Below are positions 57,567 to 64,000 of a DNA stretch of 64,000 nt, piece by piece. Under the pieces are notes generated by a model, which saw only the letters and a program-made list of their open reading frames with translations, had not been told where the DNA came from and did not search any database. The position numbers and the translations under genes were made by a program. The DNA lies in IMG/VR virus record IMGVR_UViG_3300045988_062804. The stretch is one strand, 5' to 3'. The stretch's first letter is position 1, and every line of letters starts with the position of its first letter. The DNA is from a virus.

Positions 57567-58097
57567 ATGGCAAACGAAAGCCTTTTCGCTTTTGCAACTA
57601 ATTATGCAGAAGCTAGAGCTAAAGCTCTTGGTGGTAACATTGTTAAGGGTGCAGCAGCATTCGAAGTTGAAGACGCTCCAGTAAGACGTGACTTGTCGGA
57701 AACCCAGTTCAATATTGGGGATAAGATTGTCATTCCTGCTACTGCTGATTCAGAACAATGGATTTGTACTCCGCTGACTAGAGGACAGAACCCTGTTACT
57801 CGTGCATTGTGTGAAGTCACTGCATCTGACGGTACGAAGAGTGTTAAGGAATTGTTCCTCGGTACACTCATGAAGTCAGTTCAGAATCGTGAAACTAAAC
57901 AGAACGTCAGCGTTACTGGCTCAATTACCAATTACACTTCTAACTGTATTACTAAGAAAGAGGTATGGCAGAAGTTGTTCGGTAAGACTCTGGAAGTTGT
58001 TGGTGTTCAGATGGTTCCTATTATCCGAAGAGGATTCAACGGACAACCTGACAGACCGACTGAAACATCAGTACTGAAAATCAATGTCCTCGAATAG
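57567..58097 (+). CDS. hypothetical 176-aa protein, paralog B
   Basis: Paralog of 56414..56935. Its G+C content is intermediate. Confidence 0.7.
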   Translation: MANESLFAFATNYAEARAKALGGNIVKGAAAFEVEDAPVRRDLSETQFNIGDKIVIPATADSEQWICTPLTRGQNPVTRALCEVTASDGTKSVKELFLGTLMKSVQNRETKQNVSVTGSITNYTSNCITKKEVWQKLFGKTLEVVGVQMVPIIRRGFNGQPDRPTETSVLKINVLE

Positions 58098-58120
58098 ACC
58101 TCGAAGGACAAAGACAGTTA

Positions 58121-58211
58121 AAGCTTGGGTAATGGATAAGTATCGTATTAGGACTAATGATAATATATATCAAGTCTTAGATACGAGTTCATTACCCCAA
58201 GACAAAAGCTT
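58121..58211 (+). other. long imperfect hairpin (about 35 paired positions) downstream of paralog B
   Basis: AAGCTTGGGTAATG...TATCGTATTAGGACT / AGTCTTAGATACGA...CATTACCCCAAGACAAAAGCTT with an AT-rich apical loop at about 58156..58172. It overlaps the doubtful 63-aa ORF 58084..58275. Confidence 0.45.
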
Positions 58212-58289
58212 CTGGGCGCTAATAACTCCGCTCGACTTTTGCAACTGGGCAGTCCTGAAATGGATTCCTCTTTGAGGGACATTTGTAAC

Positions 58290-58372
58290 TGTACACACAT
58301 TTAGACACAAGCTCTAAAGAATTAAATTCCAAATATACCCAAATTAAGGGTTTGGTTCTAAATGTGTGTACA
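58290..58372. repeat. perfect 16-bp inverted repeat TGTACACACATTTAGA / TCTAAATGTGTGTACA separated by 51 nt
   Basis: The arms are at 58290..58305 and 58357..58372, in an ORF-free gap. Confidence 0.6.
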
Positions 58373-58504
58373 TATATACTTCAAATTATTGTAATGCAGC
58401 ATATTAGTGTATTAACACCAATATAGAGTCCAAAGCCTCTACAAATGCAGATGGTAGTAACTAATCGTAAAACTTCACACTTGGTGGGTAAAGTGTAATA
58501 CATT

Positions 58505-58999
58505 ATGAATTCATTTAGAATTTTGAACGCAGAAGGTAAAGCAATGACAATGGGTGAATTGGATAAAGAAGCAGCTGCTTTTTGGAATAAAGAAGTTCAT
58601 CCAAAGAATTATGCTAATCCATTTCCTGATGTAATTGTTAGTGAAGATGCATCCTTTAAAGAGAAAATGCAAGCTGAAATGGCAAACGCTAGAAATAGCT
58701 CTTTAAATTGGTATGAAATCATTGGATGGAATATTGCAAATCAAGGTGATTATACCTCAGGCTGGCAAAACGTAGTACATACAATGATGGCTGAATCTCT
58801 TGGAAATTGTTTATTAAACATCAATCAAGGAGAACCAATTAAGATAGCTCATTTCATAAAGCATGATAACAATCAACTGCATCTTGAAGATAGTTACGAG
58901 GCAAGAATATATGCAACTCTTAACTATTTCAAGCCATTTGTTGATTTAATCAATCATTGGATGTCTAAAGGATATACACCTGAGAAAATCGAAGGATAA
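58505..58999 (+). CDS. hypothetical protein
   Basis: 164-aa ORF. The TAACTAATCG motif lies 38 nt upstream. Confidence 0.55.
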   Translation: MNSFRILNAEGKAMTMGELDKEAAAFWNKEVHPKNYANPFPDVIVSEDASFKEKMQAEMANARNSSLNWYEIIGWNIANQGDYTSGWQNVVHTMMAESLGNCLLNINQGEPIKIAHFIKHDNNQLHLEDSYEARIYATLNYFKPFVDLINHWMSKGYTPEKIEG

Positions 59000-59160
59000 T
59001 GAAGTACAGAATTGAGTTTAAATATCGTTACGGTAAAGACTATGTATACTGTAACGAATATCATGAAGATGAAGGGTTTGTACAACCACTTAATTCAAAT
59101 GGTAAACCAATGTGCACAATTGCAAAAACTAATATAATATGTATTAGAGAATGCAAATAA
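58999..59160 (+). CDS. hypothetical 53-aa Cys-containing protein (below the ORF-track cutoff)
   Basis: MKYRIEFKYRYGKDYVYCNEYHEDEGFVQPLNSNGKPMCTIAKTNIICIRECK. Its ATG overlaps the preceding stop (TAATG). Confidence 0.4.
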   Translation: MKYRIEFKYRYGKDYVYCNEYHEDEGFVQPLNSNGKPMCTIAKTNIICIRECK

Positions 59161-59238
59161 TTATACAGAACGCCTATCGCTGTAAAGGATGGGCAAATTT
59201 TAACTAATCGTATAAACCTATAATTGGAGGATTAAATT

Positions 59239-59625
59239 ATGAAACTATTTTACTTGCCTGATACTAAGGCAATCGTTGCAAAGTACAACAACAAGTTTGT
59301 CTCTTTACCTAATGGAGAAGAGATAGACAAACCTGCTAAGCTCATCCCTTGTCAACCATTCTTAAAGGAGTCTAAAACCTCTAAATGGAATGACATACCA
59401 GATGACGATGATGCGTTCTATGCTCATCTTAACAAATACAATGACCTAAAGACATCTGATAGACGTCCTCGTGTCATTAAAGTTCATAAAGTTAGGATGG
59501 CTGTAATATATACTACTAATGAAGTGGGAGAACCTTGGTTCCAGCTATCTGGCAATGTTCCTCACTATGTATTAAATGGAATTGCTAACGTTCTAAAAGA
59601 AGAATATTATGATTCTATTAAGTAG
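59239..59625 (+). CDS. hypothetical protein
   Basis: 128-aa ORF. The TAACTAATCG motif is at 59201..59210. Confidence 0.55.
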   Translation: MKLFYLPDTKAIVAKYNNKFVSLPNGEEIDKPAKLIPCQPFLKESKTSKWNDIPDDDDAFYAHLNKYNDLKTSDRRPRVIKVHKVRMAVIYTTNEVGEPWFQLSGNVPHYVLNGIANVLKEEYYDSIK

Positions 59626-59722
59626 TGGTATATTCATCTCTGATGGCATGGCTTCGGTCATAGCCATCATTATTGGAGTACTAACTTGTGTATTCTGGTA
59701 TAAATGCAGTAAAGAAAAGTAA
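59609..59722 (+). CDS. hypothetical 37-aa single-pass membrane peptide
   Basis: MILLSSGIFISDGMASVIAIIIGVLTCVFWYKCSKEK. It overlaps the preceding gene end by 17 nt and has a hydrophobic core with a basic tail. Confidence 0.35.
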   Translation: MILLSSGIFISDGMASVIAIIIGVLTCVFWYKCSKEK

Positions 59723-59747
59723 AATAACAATAAAATAACTAATCTAC

Positions 59748-59870
59748 ATGAAAGTAATCAAAACTAATATTAAGGCTGAAACTGTAGAAATTAATCCTAG
59801 AGAAGCGGAAGCTCTCAGAGACACATTCCAGGACAATAGACGTACTTATAACGATAATATACGCAAGTAA
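59748..59870 (+). CDS. hypothetical 40-aa protein
   Basis: MKVIKTNIKAETVEINPREAEALRDTFQDNRRTYNDNIRK. The motif variant TAACTAATCT lies directly upstream. Confidence 0.35.
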   Translation: MKVIKTNIKAETVEINPREAEALRDTFQDNRRTYNDNIRK

Positions 59871-59920
59871 GAATATGTATCACCTATGTGTCTGGAACAT
59901 TTGAATAAACCTACGTAATG

Positions 59921-59950
59921 GGTGCTAGTTTAATAGCTAGCACCGTTTAT
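59921..59950 (+). terminator. hairpin (terminator, or 5' element of the downstream ncRNA)
   Basis: Perfect 8-bp stem GGTGCTAG / CTAGCACC with an 8-nt loop, followed by GTTTAT. Confidence 0.45.
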
Positions 59951-60730
59951 CCATAATTAAGGCAGGTTCTCCGCGAGGGGAATAAGTGAAAGCACAAGTG
60001 CAATCATCTAAAAGTTTAGTGATTGATTACTGTGAGTCGAGTAGCCCAAGACCTGTGCTCACTTGGTATAAGAAGAAGCGTTTAATAGTGTACATAAAAG
60101 CGTGGATACTCAGAGCACCAAGTATGGTTGTAGGTCTCAAAAGTCTAAAGTTTATATAATGACTTTAAATCGTGAGCTTAACACCAGGTCATGTTTGAAC
60201 ATTAAGCTTTAAACATTTAGTCAGCTTATCTGACATTTTAAAAAACTCAATATAAAAGATATTGACTAATGTGTGTAACTAGTTGTCTTTAACCGCACGC
60301 CGAAGTGTTTCTACCGTAGTAGCAACAATCTCTACTAATGATGTAGATTATAGACAATGAACCACACTAGCTCTAAGAGTATTAGTTTCAGTATTTCCAA
60401 GACGTTGAGGACGCCAGTTTCTTATCTTTCTGTATATCTAATTATGTACCCGAACTACTGCTGATCCGGTTTTAGTGAATATCAGAGTAATACTAATGAA
60501 TCAGTACTGATTACGCTAATGTAATTTCATGGCTTATTAAGCTTACTAATTATTTATAGCCAAATGATAAGTTTTAGGTGTAAAATGCAATCTTCTGCAT
60601 AATTATTCATTTTAGATGGATATAATTCCATACCCCCCCCGTGAAGGGGTCGGCATCATGACTAAGCCTTTACGTGGCGATGCTATAAGTAACCTATTAA
60701 TAGGTGAAACTAATTGGTCATATTGTTTAA
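59950..60730 (+). ncRNA. candidate large structured non-coding RNA (class unknown)
   Basis: There is no ORF of 60 aa or more on either strand across about 880 bp (59871..60748) in an otherwise tightly packed genome. G+C is locally raised. Many local stems are present, including a GNRA-capped hairpin TCTCC-GCGA-GGGGA (about 59968..59981). Others are CCCC-GTGAA-GGGG (about 60636..60648), GCATC...GATGC, GTCAG-CTTAT-CTGAC and AATCAG-TA-CTGATT. The strand is inferred from the flanking genes only. Confidence 0.35.
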
Positions 60731-60748
60731 TTTAATAACTAATCGACA

Positions 60749-61042
60749 ATGAAAATTGAAAAGAACAAATTAGTGAATCGTGCTCAAGTGTTGAACCAAG
60801 ACATTCAGTTAGGTATTATTGCCTATTCTGTAGCTGAAATGGCATCTATAATCGAACAGACAGATGCTAAGCTCCACAAGGGTGAAATCACCGAAGAGCA
60901 GCACAAAACTATAGTTGATGATTGTACTGAATACATCAAGTCAGCTAAAGAGATGTGTGACGAATCCAAAATGGATTGGAGTGTATGTATCTTGTTATCA
61001 CGTACTAATCTTGATAAGTATGTGGAAAGCAAGATTGACTAA
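60749..61042 (+). CDS. hypothetical protein
   Basis: 97-aa helical ORF. The TAACTAATCG motif is at 60736..60745. Confidence 0.55.
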   Translation: MKIEKNKLVNRAQVLNQDIQLGIIAYSVAEMASIIEQTDAKLHKGEITEEQHKTIVDDCTEYIKSAKEMCDESKMDWSVCILLSRTNLDKYVESKID

Positions 61043-61172
61043 GGCATTGTTCCTACTAATGGTAGGATACTTAGGCTGGCAATGTACTAGAGCATCCTTA
61101 TGGATTCCTCTGGTATTATGTGTGTTATTAGGCATTTTTATTATTCAACTTAAAAATAAGGATTTAGCATGA
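61020..61172 (+). CDS. hypothetical 50-aa membrane protein
   Basis: MWKARLTKALFLLMVGYLGWQCTRASLWIPLVLCVLLGIFIIQLKNKDLA. It has two hydrophobic segments. The track ORF 60915..61172 is trimmed here to the ATG at 61020. Confidence 0.4.
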   Translation: MWKARLTKALFLLMVGYLGWQCTRASLWIPLVLCVLLGIFIIQLKNKDLA

Positions 61173-61609
61173 AAAAGATTGACGCAATTTTGAATGGAAC
61201 TAAAGAACAGTACCCATCATTAATAAGCAAGTTATCTAATATTCTCGAACCGTTTGCCCTGCTTGCAGTAGGCAAAGCACCCGTTTACGTTGGACGTGTA
61301 GTTGAAGAACTCGGAGTAAAGCAATGCAAGGACTGCGGAGCTTTCATATTTAACATTGATGGCAATGATGTTGCCCATGTTGATGTTAAAAGAATGGAAG
61401 CATCAGTATTCGGTGGTGAGACATTCTCAATCTCTACAGAAGATGCCGAGTCGGTAACTAATGTACTGGCTGCATTTGAGAACCATAAAGAAGAGGATGA
61501 TGAGAATCCTGTTAAGGAAATTCTTGAGAATATGCCTAAGGAACTCAAATCTCTTCTTGGAGCAGCTATCATGGTATCTAAACTCCGTAGAAAGGGAGAA
61601 GACAACTAA
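61169..61609 (+). CDS. hypothetical protein
   Basis: 146-aa ORF with an ATGA overlap with the preceding gene. Confidence 0.55.
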   Translation: MKKIDAILNGTKEQYPSLISKLSNILEPFALLAVGKAPVYVGRVVEELGVKQCKDCGAFIFNIDGNDVAHVDVKRMEASVFGGETFSISTEDAESVTNVLAAFENHKEEDDENPVKEILENMPKELKSLLGAAIMVSKLRRKGEDN

Positions 61610-61692
61610 AGAAGGTTTTTGAAGACAAATATCAAGGGGTTAGTCCACTGTGAAGTGAGCTAGCTCCGCCAACTTTTAAAGCTAATAATGAA

Positions 61693-61893
61693 ATGGATAT
61701 ACTGAAGCAATTAGAAGAAGGCAAACCTTTCTCTGGTAGAAATGGTGCTTTTACTGGAAGAGTTGAACCGCAATCAATAAGTGGAGATACTCTGAATGTC
61801 ATATGTGATAAGGATGGCACAAGATGGCATGAGAATTGGGAATTACAGCATGTTATTTGGGCATTTGAATGTGGAGATTATTACTTCTTATGA
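61693..61893 (+). CDS. hypothetical protein
   Basis: 66-aa ORF. Confidence 0.45.
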   Translation: MDILKQLEEGKPFSGRNGAFTGRVEPQSISGDTLNVICDKDGTRWHENWELQHVIWAFECGDYYFL

Positions 61894-62291
61894 TTAAGTG
61901 TGATATATCTAAATGCCATGCGAGTTGTTGTTATAACGCTCCATTGCCTAAGAAATACATATTTGCATTAAAGAATAGGATTGTTACTCCAGTTAAGGAG
62001 ATTCTCGTTATTGATGATGAGAATATGAAAGGTGAGGTAATGTGTTATCCAATCACAGACCATAACCCTGATAAGAACAAATGTCCATTCTTAACTGAGA
62101 ATTGTAGATGTAATATTTATGATAGAAGACCACCAATATGTAAGAAGTTTGGTAATGGTACAGAACCATTATTAACTTGCTCATTCTTAGTTCCAGAAGA
62201 ACAAAGAGAGTCTGTATTGGCTGGTTATAAGTCTGCTATTAATAACCTAACATCTCCAACTGCTTGGGAACTTGCTAAAAAGTATAAGTAA
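61890..62291 (+). CDS. YkgJ-like cysteine-cluster (zinc/iron-chelating) protein
   Basis: Contains KCHASCCYNAP...CPFLTENCRCNIYDRRPPICKKFG, which fits the CxxxCC ... C.F....C.IY..RP..C..F pattern. The ATG at 61890 overlaps the upstream stop (ATGA). Confidence 0.5.
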   Translation: MIKCDISKCHASCCYNAPLPKKYIFALKNRIVTPVKEILVIDDENMKGEVMCYPITDHNPDKNKCPFLTENCRCNIYDRRPPICKKFGNGTEPLLTCSFLVPEEQRESVLAGYKSAINNLTSPTAWELAKKYK

Positions 62292-62292
62292 T

Positions 62293-62652
62293 ATGCCAAA
62301 GGATTATGCGCTAAGAAAGTTACATTCTAAGGAGAAGATTATCTTCTGTGGATGTGATGCTATAAGTGGTTTATTAATGCATTACCTACTTGATGAATTG
62401 TTTGGCAGAGGTGAGTATAAGATACTTCATCACTATGATTTACGATTACAACAAGAATGGGAATGGACTATTGATGAGCCAATACCTGACAAAGATATTA
62501 TTAAGGAATGGTTCTTCTGTGAACCTGAGAGAATAATAACTACTTGTTGGGATTACGAGAGAACTCTCAAAGCTGTAGAAGATGCGCAGATTACAAATGT
62601 GCGTATCTATGAGTTTTGTAAGTATAAACACATAACTGATTTACCATTCTAA
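62293..62652 (+). CDS. hypothetical protein
   Basis: The ATG at 62293 (MPKDYALRKL...) is preferred over the TTG start used by the track. Confidence 0.5.
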   Translation: MPKDYALRKLHSKEKIIFCGCDAISGLLMHYLLDELFGRGEYKILHHYDLRLQQEWEWTIDEPIPDKDIIKEWFFCEPERIITTCWDYERTLKAVEDAQITNVRIYEFCKYKHITDLPF

Positions 62653-62692
62653 TGGTGAATACTCATAGTGCAGGAGTACAACTGCACTAACT

Positions 62693-63192
62693 GGGCTTGT
62701 ATGGTTTTGACAGGCGATTACGAGTTAGTAAGACGTGTAGAGTTGGCACCAACTCTTTAATAATGATGCACAATTTTAAGTGGAAACACTGAAGTAAGAA
62801 TGGCAGCCTAAGCTGCTGGCTTATCAGTATTTATATTGATTAAGTCGGGTTAATTGGAGAGACCTAGAAACAGAAGAGGATTGACAAACGTCATTAACCG
62901 AACGCTCTAAGAGTTAGTAAGCCGAAATCTCCACTACCTAGCTATGGGTTACAAATAGACGTTCTCCAACGTAAATGGAGTGGTGGAGCGACCGTTCGGT
63001 CAAGCCCAGTTTGGTAGTTTGTGAACAACTAAGTCGTAGCCTTACGAGGAGACGTAATTGGTGAATTAACACTCAGCTTCTTAGTAAAACTATCTACATG
63101 CTGAACTCAACAGCTGATGTAATAAAATAGAGACACACGTAATCTTATTAATGAGAGTTGTTTGGACGGCAGTTCGATTCTGCCCAAGTCCA
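62693..63192 (+). ncRNA. ssrA: phage-encoded tmRNA (ssrA-like), about 500 nt
   Basis: The 5' GGGCTTG (62693..62699) pairs with the 3' CAAGTCC (63185..63191), giving a 7-bp acceptor stem with a G3:U70 wobble (the alanine identity element), then discriminator A. The T-arm GGCAG-TTCGATT-CTGCC (63168..63184) is preceded by GGAC as in tmRNAs. The 5' GGGCTTGTATGGTTTTGACAGGCG parallels the bacterial GGGGCUGAUUCUGGAUUCGACGGG. A long-range 7-bp helix joins GATTACG (62716..62722) to CGTAATC (63138..63144) and is P2-like. The candidate tag frame is GGA AAC ACT GAA GTA AGA ATG GCA GCC TAA (62782..62811), with the stop in the loop of the GCAGC-CTAA-GCTGC hairpin. CCA is not encoded. Confidence 0.72.
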
Positions 63193-63219
63193 CATTGTAT
63201 AACTAATCGACAAAGAATT

Positions 63220-64000
63220 ATGGAAAATTTTGATTTTGCAGAACAAATTAAAAATGTTGCTACAGAGAGTGTTTATGTACTCACTGAGAAGAACAAGGAA
63301 GTAGTCAAAGCTTTACGATTGCTGCCTGGCAACAGACCTACAAAAGTTAAGAAAGTAGAATCCTTAGTGGAAGCATACAAACGAGGTGTATACATTCCTC
63401 CAATATTAGTAGCTTTACCTTACAGATTTGTAACTGAAGGTAATCATAGATTGGCTGCAGCTTTGGAGTGTATTGAAAGAGGTATTCCATTTACTCTTAG
63501 AGTATATATGTATAGGGATGATGATTCATTAGGAACAGCTCGCCTAATCAATAATACTCAAGATAGATGGAAGGCTAATGATAGATTAGACTCATATGTC
63601 TATGAGAGAAAAGAAGCATATGTTCGTCTTAAAGAGTTTATGGATTTGTATCCTTCAATCTTTAGGTTAGCTAACACATACTCAATCCAGGCTGCTTTGT
63701 GTGTACTGGCACTTGGGAGAACTAGACAATCTATGCGAAATGCTTTCAACTCTGGTAAGTTAGTAATAACAGAAGAAGCTATCTCTCATGGTAAAGAATT
63801 GATGGAAGAACTTATACTGATTTCAGAGATATTGGATACCACTTCAGTATTTGTGAGAGACCATTCAACTGCGTGGGACAAAGCTAGAAACAGGTTAGGT
63901 ATATCATTTAACCAGTTTATAGTACGGCTTCGTAAGAAGGCTGACTCATGGGAAGAACCTAAGGATAGTGTTGAAGCATGGTTTACTATGTACCTTAAAA
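63220..64000 (+). CDS. ParB-like nuclease domain protein (partial, runs off right edge)
   Basis: ATG at 63220, open to the window end (not in the track). MENFDFAEQIKNV...PPILVALPYRFVTEGNHRLAAALE carries the ParB/Srx-type G.HR..A motif. The TAACTAATCG motif is at 63200..63209. Confidence 0.55.
   Translation, partial: MENFDFAEQIKNVATESVYVLTEKNKEVVKALRLLPGNRPTKVKKVESLVEAYKRGVYIPPILVALPYRFVTEGNHRLAAALECIERGIPFTLRVYMYRDDDSLGTARLINNTQDRWKANDRLDSYVYERKEAYVRLKEFMDLYPSIFRLANTYSIQAALCVLALGRTRQSMRNAFNSGKLVITEEAISHGKELMEELILISEILDTTSVFVRDHSTAWDKARNRLGISFNQFIVRLRKKADSWEEPKDSVEAWFTMYLK

Noticed and set aside
61632-61820. 62-aa minus-strand ORF in a plus-strand block
   Set aside because: It overlaps the start of the plus-strand gene 61693..61893, is the only minus-strand candidate in the block, and has a low-complexity product.
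60370-62914. An 11-nt identity, GCTCTAAGAGT, shared by the candidate ncRNA (60370..60380) and the tmRNA (62904..62914)
   Set aside because: It is a single short match with no extended flanking similarity. It could be chance given the combined lengths, so it is not used as evidence that the RNAs are related.
63118-63192. Possible ordinary tRNA ending at the TTCGATT T-loop
   Set aside because: No matching 5' acceptor strand, D-arm or anticodon arm lies within ~90 nt upstream. The complementary acceptor strand GGGCTTG is about 490 nt upstream, which fits a tmRNA instead.
1-64000. CRISPR arrays, rRNA genes, transposases/integrases, stop-codon reassignment
   Set aside because: No regularly spaced direct repeats were seen, and no rRNA-like conserved stretches. 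No integrase or transposase motifs were recognised in this window. Very long ORFs (up to 2579 aa) are intact under the standard code, so recoding need not be invoked.

Overview
This 64-kb window is AT-rich, densely coding and looks like most of a tailed dsDNA phage or prophage. The host is probably a Bacteroidota member, an inference from TAnnTTTG -7 promoter boxes and, from memory only, a Bacteroides-like tmRNA 5' end and tag context. Layout: (i) 1..49469 is one long minus-strand late module. Read in transcription direction it holds a PD-(D/E)XK nuclease, a GroES-like protein, large terminase, portal, a diversity-generating retroelement (DGR: tail-fibre target gene with VR, then TR, then reverse transcriptase), several tail fibres, two giant proteins (1232 and 2579 aa), an amidase endolysin, an acidic scaffold-like protein, a putative major capsid protein and head-associated proteins. 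(ii) 49631..53319 is a plus-strand block with an HNH endonuclease, a 751-aa protein with a lytic transglycosylase domain, and small membrane proteins. (iii) 53341..55132 is a minus-strand block of small genes. (iv) 55133..64000 is a plus-strand block of many small genes, each with its own promoter-like element and hairpin terminator. Block (iv) also contains ORF-free, more G+C-rich stretches. The strongest signals are: a textbook adenine-specific TR/VR pair at the 3' end of a fibre gene; a phage-encoded tmRNA with a non-canonical tag (62693..63192); a ~0.8-kb ORF-free, hairpin-rich candidate large ncRNA (about 59950..60730); a pair of G+C-rich paralogous early genes; and twin 25-26 codon micro-ORFs sharing a conserved promoter/leader hairpin element. 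No CRISPR array, rRNA or canonical tRNA was seen. Protein functions are assigned from motifs recognised by eye, and no database search was possible.
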